A stretch of DNA of 64,000 bases from an uncultured Gammaproteobacteria bacterium (GTDB taxonomy: Bacteria > Patescibacteriota > Microgenomatia > UBA8517): positions 666,756 to 730,755 of the forward strand of contig CAYRUS010000001.1 in the NCBI GenBank assembly GCA_964427735.1, in the 5' to 3' direction. Each line of letters starts with the position of its first letter. The first letter of the stretch is position 1. Under the pieces are notes generated by a model, which had not been told where the DNA came from, ran no database searches, and worked only from the letters and a program-made list of their open reading frames with translations. Made by a program: the position numbers and the translations under genes. Below are positions 1-9,847 of the stretch, in pieces.

Positions 1-845
1 GGAAGGGCGTGAACAAAAAGAAAAAGTCCGATAATAGGTACAGCCAAAATAGCAACAAAGGCAAGTAAAAATGCTGTAAATTTAGCTCTAATTTTGATTT
101 TGTTTTTAGGCTTGGAAGTGTTTTTTGTTTTTTTAAGTTTTAAGGAGACGAATGCTAAAGATACTTTTTTAGAGATTTTTGCGATGGTTTTGAAATAGAA
201 AAATTTTATGCCAATAATTAGTTGTTGAATTCGTGATGCGAGTTGAAGGAAGTGCTTTTTATATGATAGTAAATTTTTGGTTTTAGATAGCCGAAGAAGA
301 TGCTTTTGCTTGCTTGAAACATATTTAACGATTTGTGAATCTACATAGTCTATATGTTTTATTATCTTAGATAGTCTTGAGCCATAGGAAGTTTCCTTTT
401 TGAATATTTGGACATGCTGAGAAGTAGATTTTCTTAGAGATACAACTTTTTTATCCCTGAGTAGGTTGGAAAGGAAAATTGCTATATCAAAAAGAAAAAA
501 CTTTAAACTTCTTTTTAGATCAAAATATTTTCCTTGTAATTTGAATAAGTAAAAAAGTTTTATCTTTTTTAAAGTTGTTCTGACTTCTGATATTTTAGGC
601 TTATTTTGGAGAATTTTGTTAAGACTAATTAAATTTATTTTAGGAATTGTAAGAATTGTAAAAGATAAAAATTTTCTTGTTATAAGACCGACAAAAGAAA
701 CAAGATAGGCAATGTATAAAAAGAAAGAATAGATTGGTTTACCGATAAATATTAAAAATTTAAAAAGCGCTTTAAGAGTGTCTTTATTTATTTGACTTTT
801 ATTTTTGTCATTAGTTTTATTAAGACCCGCTCCCACCTTGCCCAT
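1..845 (-). CDS. 5' part of a gene running off the window edge; Lys-rich N-terminus and TM helix, probably a second class A penicillin-binding protein
   Basis: ATG at 845 (MGKVGAG...) is in frame with ...FTAFLLAFVAILAVPIIGLFLFVHALP at the edge. Both ends were checked by eye. Directly downstream of a PBP1A gene. Confidence 0.55.
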   Translation of the reverse strand, partial: MGKVGAGLNKTNDKNKSQINKDTLKALFKFLIFIGKPIYSFFLYIAYLVSFVGLITRKFLSFTILTIPKINLISLNKILQNKPKISEVRTTLKKIKLFYLFKLQGKYFDLKRSLKFFLFDIAIFLSNLLRDKKVVSLRKSTSQHVQIFKKETSYGSRLSKIIKHIDYVDSQIVKYVSSKQKHLLRLSKTKNLLSYKKHFLQLASRIQQLIIGIKFFYFKTIAKISKKVSLAFVSLKLKKTKNTSKPKNKIKIRAKFTAFLLAFVAILAVPIIGLFLFVHAL

Positions 846-896
846 ATTATATATATACTTTTTATAATTTGTAGAGGAATTTTAATGCAATTTTGA

Positions 897-3125
897 TTAG
901 TTAAAGGGGAGAGGATATCCAATTGTTGCTGATTGGCTAGCTGAATCGCAGTCAAGGCATAGCATTGTTCCCAACGGATCAACTAGATAAGATTGATTTT
1001 TAAGCTCTACTTGTTCTGGGGGTACACCTGGTTCTGCTGGTTGTCCGGAATCTTTCATTACGAAAATTTCCTTTGTTCCTGATTCTATTCTTGCACCGAT
1101 TGCATCTTTTAGAAAGTATTCAAATCTTGTTTCACATTGCTCACCTTCGGAAGGGACATTTCCAGAGGTGCTGCAAACATTGACACCAACTACATTATCT
1201 GGTCTACTAAGTTCTGCGTGTCCTTTATTTTCTATTTCGTAATTTCCTTCTTCTGCTTTGTTTAGAGCAAAGTTAATAATTGAATTCCAGATAGGTGATG
1301 CTCCGGAAACTCCAGATACAGCAGAACTCATAGGAGAGTTGTCGTTATTTCCAACCCAGACTGTAGTTACTATATGTGGAGTGTATCCAATAGTCCAATT
1401 GTCTCTCAAATTATTTGTAGTTCCAGTTTTTACTGATACTTCCGGATGATCTGGAATTCTTAGTAATGATCCAAACCCAAAAGCAGCAGATCTGGCATTG
1501 TTATCTTTTAGAATATCTGAAATTATAAACGCAACTCCAGGGTTTAATACTCGTTCACTCTCCAGATTGTCGAGATTGTATTCTTCATATACTTTTCCTG
1601 TCCAGTCTTCAACTTTTAAAATTCCTGTTAACGGTTGTTTGATTCCACCATTTGCAAATACTCCAAAGGCTACTGCCATATCAATAGGTCTTACTTCACC
1701 ACCTCCTAAAGTCAATGACAATCCATAATTAGAAGGGTCAGTAAAGGTGGTAATTCCTATTTTATTTGAAAAGTTTATAAAATTTTCAATTCCATTCAGT
1801 GCAAGGACCCGCACAGCAGTAACATTATATGAATTTGCTAAAGCGTACCTTACTTGAACAGGACCATGGAAACTAAAGTCATAATTTCTGGGACAGTATG
1901 ATTGTTGTCCCGCTACTACAAAACAAGTAGGAATGTCAGCAAGAGGAGTGGAGGCAGTAATTTTTTTATCAAGTATTCCTAAGGCATAGTTTAATGGTTT
2001 TATTGATGATCCAGGTTGTCTATGAGCAAGGATAATATTTACCTTGCCATCTTCATCTTCAGCATAATATCCTTTGGACCCAACCATAGCAAGAATTTCA
2101 CCTGTGTCTGGTTTCGTGACTAAAGCTGCTCCATTTCCTACGTTCTGGTTTTTCAGTTTTGCAACTTCAGTAGCAACAGCTTGCTCTGCATACTCTTGTA
2201 GTTCTAGATCAAGTGTGGTTTTGACTCTTAGACCGCCTTTTTCTACGACACTATCGCCGTATTTTTCTGCCAATTGCTCTTTTATCCAAAGAGCAAAATG
2301 AGGTGCTTTTAGACCGTCTGGTGTTGAAAAAACAAGTTCTTCTGCTAAAGCATTATCAGCTTCTTCTTGTGATATATATCCATCTTCTACCATTCTTCTA
2401 AGAACTGCTTCTTGTCTTCCTTTGGCTAGTTCTGGTCTAGCACCAAAAGGAGAGAATCTTGTAGGAGCTGCAGTTATACCTGCCAATAATGATGCTTCTG
2501 CAAGAGTTAAGTCTTTTGCACTCTTATCAAAATACAGTTCAGCAGCAGCTTCAATCCCATAAGCAGTTGATCCGTAAGGTATTTGATTGAGATACATCTC
2601 TAAAATTTTGTCTTTACTGTATGAGGCTTCTACGAACATAGAAAGAGCAAATTCTCGTAGCTTTCTTTTGATAGTTCTTTCTGGTGTTAGCAGAGTGTTT
2701 TTGACCAATTGCTGAGTAAGTGTCGACCCTCCTTGTAATTTGTTATTTACAGCAATGTTGTAAGCAGCTCGGCTTATCCCAGTTAATGAAAACCCGTAAT
2801 GTTTATAAAAATCTTTATCTTCTATGGCAATGGTTGCTTGTTTTACATAATCAGGGATTTCGTCGAGTTTGACAGGTGTCCGTTTTTCATCAGAATAAAT
2901 TTCCATAATTAGATTATCATTTCGGTCATAGATTTTGGTAGATACAGCTAGTTCACGAGAATCGAGTTGTGTAGGAAGAGGTATGCCCCAGAACAACCAT
3001 AAAAAAGCTCCAATAATAATTAGAAAAAACATTGAAGCTTTAATTAAGCGTTTTTTCTTGGAAGTGTGCTTTGCTGTTGTAGTTTTTTTGCTCTTTTTTG
3101 CTTTTTTGCTTTTCTTTTTTGCCAT
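897..3125 (-). CDS. Class A penicillin-binding protein (PBP1A family, transglycosylase + transpeptidase)
   Basis: EDKDFYKH and GGSTLTQQLVKN (GT51); SSIK, SYN and KTGT transpeptidase motifs; N-terminal TM helix. Confidence 0.95.
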   Translation of the reverse strand: MAKKKSKKAKKSKKTTTAKHTSKKKRLIKASMFFLIIIGAFLWLFWGIPLPTQLDSRELAVSTKIYDRNDNLIMEIYSDEKRTPVKLDEIPDYVKQATIAIEDKDFYKHYGFSLTGISRAAYNIAVNNKLQGGSTLTQQLVKNTLLTPERTIKRKLREFALSMFVEASYSKDKILEMYLNQIPYGSTAYGIEAAAELYFDKSAKDLTLAEASLLAGITAAPTRFSPFGARPELAKGRQEAVLRRMVEDGYISQEEADNALAEELVFSTPDGLKAPHFALWIKEQLAEKYGDSVVEKGGLRVKTTLDLELQEYAEQAVATEVAKLKNQNVGNGAALVTKPDTGEILAMVGSKGYYAEDEDGKVNIILAHRQPGSSIKPLNYALGILDKKITASTPLADIPTCFVVAGQQSYCPRNYDFSFHGPVQVRYALANSYNVTAVRVLALNGIENFINFSNKIGITTFTDPSNYGLSLTLGGGEVRPIDMAVAFGVFANGGIKQPLTGILKVEDWTGKVYEEYNLDNLESERVLNPGVAFIISDILKDNNARSAAFGFGSLLRIPDHPEVSVKTGTTNNLRDNWTIGYTPHIVTTVWVGNNDNSPMSSAVSGVSGASPIWNSIINFALNKAEEGNYEIENKGHAELSRPDNVVGVNVCSTSGNVPSEGEQCETRFEYFLKDAIGARIESGTKEIFVMKDSGQPAEPGVPPEQVELKNQSYLVDPLGTMLCLDCDSASQSATIGYPLPFN

Positions 3126-3241
3126 ATATCTAATTATACTGCGGATTTTGATTTATTTCTCTTTTTTTTATTGTCTAAGCAAAAACTCTTTTAAAATTAT
3201 AAAAGCTGCGAAACAAAGTGGTAATCTGCTAGTATGAAAGT

Positions 3242-3736
3242 ATGAATCGAGAAGAGCTAGTTAAAAAACCCTGGTGGTCTTATCTTGAGACAGATTTGCA
3301 AGAGCTATTATTAGAGTCAGTTTTATTAACTAAAAAAGTGGAGAATTGGGAAGAGAAGTTTCATGATTATGCATTTATAGTTTTTCCAGCTAGTAAGTCT
3401 TATGAGGGTTTTCTAAAAAAAGTTTTTTTAGATCTTGAATTTATAACTAGAGATGATTATTTTGGTAAACGATTTAGAATTGGAAAAGCTCTAAACCCTT
3501 CACTTGATAGAAACAGATATAAAGGAGAGAGCATATATGACAAATTAGTGAATTATTGTGGTGGCAAAGAATTGGCAGATTATCTTTGGATGACTTGGAA
3601 GACATGTCGTAACGTTTTATTTCATTGGTATCCTAACGAAAAAAATGCCATTGGCTTTGAAAAAGCAAAACAAAGGGTAGAAAGGGTAATTATAAGTATT
3701 GATAAAACTTTTGAGGAATGTGAAATCAGTGTATAG
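3242..3736 (+). CDS. Small HEPN-like protein resembling the RNase LS/RnlA C-terminal domain
   Basis: DYAFIVFPASKSYEGFLKK segment and RxxxxH motif RNVLFH. Confidence 0.55.
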   Translation: MNREELVKKPWWSYLETDLQELLLESVLLTKKVENWEEKFHDYAFIVFPASKSYEGFLKKVFLDLEFITRDDYFGKRFRIGKALNPSLDRNRYKGESIYDKLVNYCGGKELADYLWMTWKTCRNVLFHWYPNEKNAIGFEKAKQRVERVIISIDKTFEECEISV

Positions 3737-3741
3737 CATTC

Positions 3742-4395
3742 TTGACAAATTTTTTCAGCCTGCGTAGCATTATCATACCTGACATGAAGTTGAATAAAAT
3801 TATAAATGCTATTCTTGTTTTCGCAGCCTTTTTGATACTTTTTATATCAGTCTTTCGCACAGCTGCTGTCACTCCTAATTTTTCTTCCAATTTTTCTAAG
3901 GGCACAACTGTTGAAGGTGAAGTAATAGATTATCCTCTGGTATATGCAGGTCGGATTCTTCCTGGACATGCTTTTTGGTCAGTAAAAGCGACTCGAGATA
4001 GACTTTGGTTGTTTTTTACGTCAAATCCTTCCCGCAAGGCAGAACTTAATTTACTGTTTGCTGATAAAAGATTAGGAGCATACATTGAACTAATGGAGAG
4101 AGGGGATTTAGAAAATGCCTACGTATCTTTGATTAAAGCAGAACAATATTTAAAGAAGGCAAGTGACAAAGAAGTTGAAATAAGAAACAAAGGGGTAGAT
4201 ACAACAGATCTTTTAATCAGATTAAGTAATTCTTCTCTAAAACATCAAGAGGTTATAAATGAGGCAAAAACCAAGTTTCCAGACAATGCAGTGGCTGATC
4301 TTGTTCTTGTAGAAAATTATACAGTCGAGGTATATGAGAGATCCAAGTCTGCACTTTTGGAAAAAGGCTTAACACCGCCAGAATATCCATTCTAA
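3742..4395 (+). CDS. Membrane-anchored DUF5667-like protein
   Basis: TM helix followed by ILPGHAFWSVKATRDRL...ADKRL; start probably at MKLNK (3784). Confidence 0.65.
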   Translation: MTNFFSLRSIIIPDMKLNKIINAILVFAAFLILFISVFRTAAVTPNFSSNFSKGTTVEGEVIDYPLVYAGRILPGHAFWSVKATRDRLWLFFTSNPSRKAELNLLFADKRLGAYIELMERGDLENAYVSLIKAEQYLKKASDKEVEIRNKGVDTTDLLIRLSNSSLKHQEVINEAKTKFPDNAVADLVLVENYTVEVYERSKSALLEKGLTPPEYPF

Positions 4396-4430
4396 TTTTC
4401 AATGATCGCCTTTGAGATGGTTCTTGCTAG

Positions 4431-4482
4431 TTGACATACCATATCTGGTGTTGATAAAGTGCTACTACACTAATTATAGTAC
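4431..4482 (+). promoter_or_regulatory. sigma70 promoter overlapped by tandem NrdR boxes
   Basis: TTGACA at 4431; NrdR-box-like ATACCATATCTGGTGT (4436) and ACACTAATTATAGTAC (4467), 31 bp apart, upstream of nrdR-nrdJ. Confidence 0.8.
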
Positions 4483-4598
4483 TTTAAATTTTCATGAATG
4501 AAACTTGATTTGTCCGGAATCTTGGGTTAATTAGGTTTTTTATCTAATTTAAGGTACTCGGCTAAAAAATAGCCAAGCACTTTAAGATAAACACTTTT

Positions 4599-5045
4599 AT
4601 GAGATGTCCTTTTTGCAACAGTGATGATACATTTGTTACAGAGTCACGAACGGTTGACTCAGGAGGAGCTGTTAGAAGAAGACGAGAGTGTACAAGCTGT
4701 CATAAGAGATTTACTACATATGAACGTCCAAAGGAAGTTAAACTTTGGGTAATAAAAAAGGATATGAGTAGAGAACCTTTTAGCAAAGATAAAGTAAGGA
4801 ATGGAGTGATGCGAGCAATAGAGAAACGCCCTATTACTTTGGAAAGAGTTGAGGATATAGTTGATTCTGTTGAGAGAGAGATGTTAAACAAAGATCGCCA
4901 AGAGGTTACATCCAGAGAAATCGGTGGTGCTGTATCAAGACGACTAAAGGGTGTTGATAAAGTTGCCTGGCTAAGGTTTGCAAGTGTTTATTTTGAGTTT
5001 GATAATTTAGATGATTTTGAAAAAGCTATAGATTCTCGTGGTTGA
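4599..5045 (+). CDS. nrdR: Transcriptional repressor NrdR
   Basis: MRCPFC...RRRRECxxC..RFTTYE zinc ribbon, ATP cone, RFASVY. Confidence 0.97.
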   Translation: MRCPFCNSDDTFVTESRTVDSGGAVRRRRECTSCHKRFTTYERPKEVKLWVIKKDMSREPFSKDKVRNGVMRAIEKRPITLERVEDIVDSVEREMLNKDRQEVTSREIGGAVSRRLKGVDKVAWLRFASVYFEFDNLDDFEKAIDSRG

Positions 5046-5063
5046 TATTGTAAGTTAATAAAT

Positions 5064-7598
5064 ATGGCAAAAAAGAAAAAAAATCAGAATGAAATAAGAT
5101 TGGAGGATTTAGCACTTCCAACTTATGAAGAAATCAAGAAGGAAATAAAAAATAAAATTGGCACAATGCCAAGTAGACCCAAAAATCTTCCAAAAGGTGA
5201 ATGGAGCAAGCAGGCTCTTAAAGTTCTTGAAGAAAGATACCTTGTAAAAGATGACAATGGAAAGCCAATAGAGACACCAGAAGATATGTGTTGGAGAGTA
5301 TCTTGGGAAATAGCTTCTGCTGAGGCGAGATGGGGAGCAAAAGCAAATGAAGTCAAAAAACGAGCTAGAGAATTTTATAACATTTTAATAGAACACTCAT
5401 TTCTTCCTAACTCTCCAACTCTAATGAATGCAGGTACAAATAATATGCTTCAGTTTTCTGCATGCTTTGTGCTTCCTGTTGAAGATTCGATGGGAGGCAT
5501 TTTTGATGCACTAAAGTATCAGGCACTTATTCACAAAAGTGGAGGTGGAACAGGGTTTGCATTTAGTAGGTTAAGACCACAAGGAGCAATAGTTAAGAGT
5601 TCCAGTGGTGTTGCTTCTGGACCTGTATCTTTTATGAGAATTTTTGATGCCGCCACAAATGAAGTGAAGCAGGGTGGAAAAAGAAGAGGTGCAAATATGG
5701 GGATTTTGAGAGTTGACCATCCTGATATCTTGGAATTTATTCATTGTAAGGAAGACGGTGGTATTACAAATTTCAATATTTCTGTAGCAATTACAGACAG
5801 ATTCATGGAGGCCTATGAAAAAGGTGAAGATTATGAATTAATTGATCCTAATTCTAAAGAAGTTGTAGGAAGACTTTCTGCTAGGAAAGTTTTTGATGAA
5901 ATTGCAGATGGTGCTTGGAGAACTGGTGATCCAGGACTTGTTTTCTTAGACAGAATAAATAGTGGAGAGGCAAATCCTATACCTCCGCTTGGTCCTGTAG
6001 AAGCAACTAATCCATGTGGTGAACAGCCTTTGTATCCATTTGATTCGTGTAATTTGGGTAGCATATTCTTGAGCTATTTTATAACTGAAAAAAATAACAA
6101 AAAGGATGTTGACTGGGAAAAACTAAGAGATGTAACAAGGGTTGCAGTAAGGTTTTTAGACAATGTCATAGAAATGAATCCATACCCTTTAGATCCAATT
6201 AGGCAAGTATCAATGGGTATCAGGAGAATTGGATTGGGAGTAGGAGGATGGGCTGATCTGCTTATAGACTTAGGAATACCTTACGACAGTGAAGAGGCGC
6301 TAAAGTTAGGGGAAAAAGTTATGAAGGTGATTCAAGAGGAAGCTGTTTCTGCTTCTGAGCAGTTGGCAAAAGAACGTGGTCCATTTCCGATGTTCCCTGT
6401 AAGTATTTATAAAGACAAAAAACCGCGTAGAAATTCGACAGTAACAACTATAGCACCAACAGGAACTATTTCAATAATTGCAGGAACTTCTTCGGGAATA
6501 GAACCAATATTTGCCATTGCTTATCAGCATATAGTCAAAGACAAACATTTAAGCAGGACACTTACATTCATTAACCCAAAATTTGAAGAGATTGCAAAAG
6601 AAAGAGGATTTTGGAGTGAAGAAATAAAGGAAAAGGTTGCTGAACATGGGACTATAAGAGATATTGAAGAAATTCCTGAGGATGTAAGGAACTTATTTGG
6701 TACTGCTCATGAAATTCATCACGATTGGCATATAAAGATGCAGTCTGCATTCCAAAACTCAACAGAAAATGCTGTGAGTAAAACAATCAATATGCGTAAT
6801 GAAGTAAGCGTGGATGATGTTAAAGATTCTTACCTTCTAGCTTGGAAGACAAAATGTAAAGGTATAACTATTTTCAGGGATGGTTGTAAAGATGCACAGG
6901 TACTTAATTTAGGCGTAAAAGACAAAGAAGTAAAAGAAGAAAATCCACAGGAAGATTATCTAGAGCCAATGTATGAAAGACCGATTGTTGTAATGGGTGC
7001 TACTTACAAGCTGAATACACCTCAAGGCAAAGCTTTCATTACCATAAATGAGGATGAAGAAGGACAGCCGTTGGAAGTATTTATAAATATTGGAAAAGCA
7101 GGTAGTGATGTGACTGCAATGGCAGCAGCTCTAGGGAGAACAATATCTACAGCATTTAGATTTAAAGGTGGGGTTTCGGCAATTGAAAAAGCCAGAGAAA
7201 TAACTGAGCAATTGGCAGGTATCGGTGGAAGAAGATCTGTTGGATTTGGTCCTACAAAAATATTATCCTTGCCCGATGCTGTTGCAGCAGCATTATCGAT
7301 GCATTTTAATTTTAAAATGAACGGGATGTCAATAAAAAGTGATACAAATGGTATTTCTCACGCAAAGATAGAAGGTAATGGAAGTGCTGTTTCTACAAAT
7401 GGTGTTGATCATAGTATGAGTATGGCAGCAATTTCTGCTGGAACAAATGGAGCAAGTGAAGCCCATGTTCAAGAAAGTTTGTTGATACAAGTACAGCCAA
7501 AAGTGACAGGAGATATTTGTCCCGCATGTGGAGCAAGTAGTCTTGTATATCAAGAAGGTTGTGCTAAGTGTCATGCATGTGGGCACAGTGAATGTTAA
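5064..7598 (+). CDS. nrdJ: Adenosylcobalamin-dependent class II ribonucleotide reductase with C-terminal TSCPD/Zn-ribbon domain
   Basis: PNSPTLMNAG, TNPCGEQ, TIAPTGTIS, C-terminal CPAC...CHACGHSEC. Confidence 0.95.
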   Translation: MAKKKKNQNEIRLEDLALPTYEEIKKEIKNKIGTMPSRPKNLPKGEWSKQALKVLEERYLVKDDNGKPIETPEDMCWRVSWEIASAEARWGAKANEVKKRAREFYNILIEHSFLPNSPTLMNAGTNNMLQFSACFVLPVEDSMGGIFDALKYQALIHKSGGGTGFAFSRLRPQGAIVKSSSGVASGPVSFMRIFDAATNEVKQGGKRRGANMGILRVDHPDILEFIHCKEDGGITNFNISVAITDRFMEAYEKGEDYELIDPNSKEVVGRLSARKVFDEIADGAWRTGDPGLVFLDRINSGEANPIPPLGPVEATNPCGEQPLYPFDSCNLGSIFLSYFITEKNNKKDVDWEKLRDVTRVAVRFLDNVIEMNPYPLDPIRQVSMGIRRIGLGVGGWADLLIDLGIPYDSEEALKLGEKVMKVIQEEAVSASEQLAKERGPFPMFPVSIYKDKKPRRNSTVTTIAPTGTISIIAGTSSGIEPIFAIAYQHIVKDKHLSRTLTFINPKFEEIAKERGFWSEEIKEKVAEHGTIRDIEEIPEDVRNLFGTAHEIHHDWHIKMQSAFQNSTENAVSKTINMRNEVSVDDVKDSYLLAWKTKCKGITIFRDGCKDAQVLNLGVKDKEVKEENPQEDYLEPMYERPIVVMGATYKLNTPQGKAFITINEDEEGQPLEVFINIGKAGSDVTAMAAALGRTISTAFRFKGGVSAIEKAREITEQLAGIGGRRSVGFGPTKILSLPDAVAAALSMHFNFKMNGMSIKSDTNGISHAKIEGNGSAVSTNGVDHSMSMAAISAGTNGASEAHVQESLLIQVQPKVTGDICPACGASSLVYQEGCAKCHACGHSEC

Positions 7599-7727
7599 AA
7601 AGCTGGTTGTGACTCGGTTAAGGCTGCTTTGTGCGGTTGCTTTACAAAAGTGTAATTTCCATTTTTGGATCTGCTTTTCCCTTAAGCGGCTTTAGCCAAG
7701 TTATAACCGGTTTTTTAGTTTATAAAG

Positions 7728-8261
7728 ATGGCAATTTATACAAAAAAGGGGGATAAAGGGAAAACCAGTCTCTTTTCTGAAGGTGGAGAAATTAGAGTGG
7801 ATAAAGATAGTGCAATAGTCGAATCTCTTGGGTCAGTAGATGAATTGAATAGTTCAGTAGGTGAAGCTAAAGTTTTAATTGAAGATAGCGAAAAGAAAAA
7901 GTTATTGGAAGATATTCAGAGGTGTCTCCTCACAATAGGTGCCTCAGTTGCAGGAAGTAATTTAGATTTTCCACAAAGTAATATTAAAATTCTAGAAAGG
8001 TGTATCGATGATTGGGAAGGTGAACTTCCTGTTCTTGCAAATTTTATTCTTCCAGGTGGTACGCAATTATCAGCAAAAATTCATTTTTGCAGAAGTATGG
8101 CAAGGCGTGCAGAAAGAAGAGTGGTTGTTGTCAGTCGTCACACTGAATTGGATGAAAACATATTAAAGTACTTAAACAGGTTGTCTGATTTTTTCTTTAT
8201 GCTTGCAAGGAAAGTTAATTTTGATGAGGGAGTGAAGGATGAGGTTTGGAAGGGAAGATAA
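7728..8261 (+). CDS. pduO: ATP:cob(I)alamin adenosyltransferase (PduO type)
   Basis: IYTKKGDKGKT, GSVDELNS, RRAERR, YLNRLSD. Confidence 0.93.
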   Translation: MAIYTKKGDKGKTSLFSEGGEIRVDKDSAIVESLGSVDELNSSVGEAKVLIEDSEKKKLLEDIQRCLLTIGASVAGSNLDFPQSNIKILERCIDDWEGELPVLANFILPGGTQLSAKIHFCRSMARRAERRVVVVSRHTELDENILKYLNRLSDFFFMLARKVNFDEGVKDEVWKGR

Positions 8262-8271
8262 ATAAATCAGA

Positions 8272-9162
8272 TTAGCATCTATAAGTAACTCCCTTGTTTC
8301 CTTCACACGTTTCTCTTGGGCAGTAAATTTTACCTCCTGAAATAGTTGCAACAACTTTTTCTTTGCATATACCGCACTTGCATATTTTTTTTCTAACACC
8401 AAGAGAGTTTAATATATGTGAATTTCTGAAAGTTGATTCAAAGGCAGTATTGATTTGTGGTGGGCAACTACTTTGATACTCTCCAATCATTCTTTCGCTG
8501 CTTGCCATTTTATATAATGTGTTATAACGGGTATTAAACTCGTTAGTGGTTGATCTCTGTCTGGATAAGTTGTTTAACTTTGAATATGTTTCTTGTTTAA
8601 TTTCTAAGTCTTCTCCTTTATAAATTAGTTGCAGTTGATCAATATGTTTAGACAAATTTTCAAACCAGCAAAAGAATTTATCATTGTCCGGAAAGAGCGG
8701 AGTAGCCCGAAGTACCTCTGTGTTTGTAAACTTATAACCTGCAAGCAACGATGCGCTTGAAAGCAGAAAATTATCATCATGATCCAATACTACGGCTCTA
8801 TTTAATACAATCTTCACTCCTTCTTTTAATGTGTCGGCTTCCTGAATTATTATTTTAGTTACTGGATACTTTCCAGGATATGTGGGACTAAACCACACTG
8901 AAAAACCTCTGGCTTTGTTCGACCATTCTTGTATTTTGTCGAACCCCTCTGCTTCAATTATTCCAAGTTTAGAAGACTTGTTTATATGATTTTCTACCCG
9001 TGTACCGTTTGGAGTTTCTAATTTACCATTTCGGTTTACAAAAACATAAGTGTCTGGTAATCTCCTGGTTTCATGACTTTCTGAAGCAACCTCTTCAACT
9101 AATTGGGATGAAGGATGATTTATCTGTTGTCTTACAAATTGCAGATCACGTTCTGATATCAT
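8272..9162 (-). CDS. Hypothetical protein with C-terminal Cys cluster (possible Zn ribbon)
   Basis: 296-aa ORF with AAGGAG SD; CKCGIC...CPRETC. Confidence 0.6.
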   Translation of the reverse strand: MISERDLQFVRQQINHPSSQLVEEVASESHETRRLPDTYVFVNRNGKLETPNGTRVENHINKSSKLGIIEAEGFDKIQEWSNKARGFSVWFSPTYPGKYPVTKIIIQEADTLKEGVKIVLNRAVVLDHDDNFLLSSASLLAGYKFTNTEVLRATPLFPDNDKFFCWFENLSKHIDQLQLIYKGEDLEIKQETYSKLNNLSRQRSTTNEFNTRYNTLYKMASSERMIGEYQSSCPPQINTAFESTFRNSHILNSLGVRKKICKCGICKEKVVATISGGKIYCPRETCEGNKGVTYRC

Positions 9163-9376
9163 AATTTTCTCCTTATTCGGGATACTTCGAGATTGCTAGT
9201 TTTCCGGCTATACGGTTGCGAAACAGCCTCGGAGTCACATCGAGTTCCTTGAACACAATCTCGTTAAAAACATTATTCAACAAAATTAGGATTGAATCAA
9301 GGACTAATTAATTGATGATCCGCATAAAATTTATCAAGCTTCTTTTCACAAATTGTTTCTCTTGATACAATGAATC

Positions 9377-9748
9377 ATGGCTCAAGAAGGAGAACCAAGA
9401 GGAATCGGAAATGTTGAACAAAAGGCAGGAAGTTTAATTGAACATATTCCTGAAACACCTGAAATATCTGAGTCCTTGCAACAGGCTGGTGTAAGAGTAC
9501 AACCATCGAATCCTCCTATTACTGGTTTTGATCCTTTAGGTATGGCTATAACAAAAAGCAGTAATACAACTTCCCAACTCACTTTACCTGGAGATAATAC
9601 ATATGATAGTTTAAAGAAAAAATCTGAAGGTAATCCATTATTAGCTTTGACCTGGTGGGCGACCGTTTGGTTAAGGCAGATTAAGATAGCCTGGCACAAA
9701 GGAAGAAAGGTATTAGGCAAAGGGTCGTCTAATACTCAGCCTATCTAA
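9377..9748 (+). CDS. Hypothetical protein
   Basis: ORF preceded by TGnTACAAT; WW-containing C-terminal helix. Confidence 0.6.
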   Translation: MAQEGEPRGIGNVEQKAGSLIEHIPETPEISESLQQAGVRVQPSNPPITGFDPLGMAITKSSNTTSQLTLPGDNTYDSLKKKSEGNPLLALTWWATVWLRQIKIAWHKGRKVLGKGSSNTQPI

Positions 9749-9847
9749 AATTTTTAAAAAATCCTTTGTTACAAGCGTAAAATGCGCGTATAATTATATA
9801 AGAAGTGCAGTTAATAGCGTATACTTCAGTCAATAAAACTAATAACT

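Noticed and set aside
4483-4598. Cobalamin riboswitch upstream of nrdR-nrdJ
   Set aside because: No B12-box or other conserved core recognised; NrdR boxes explain the regulation
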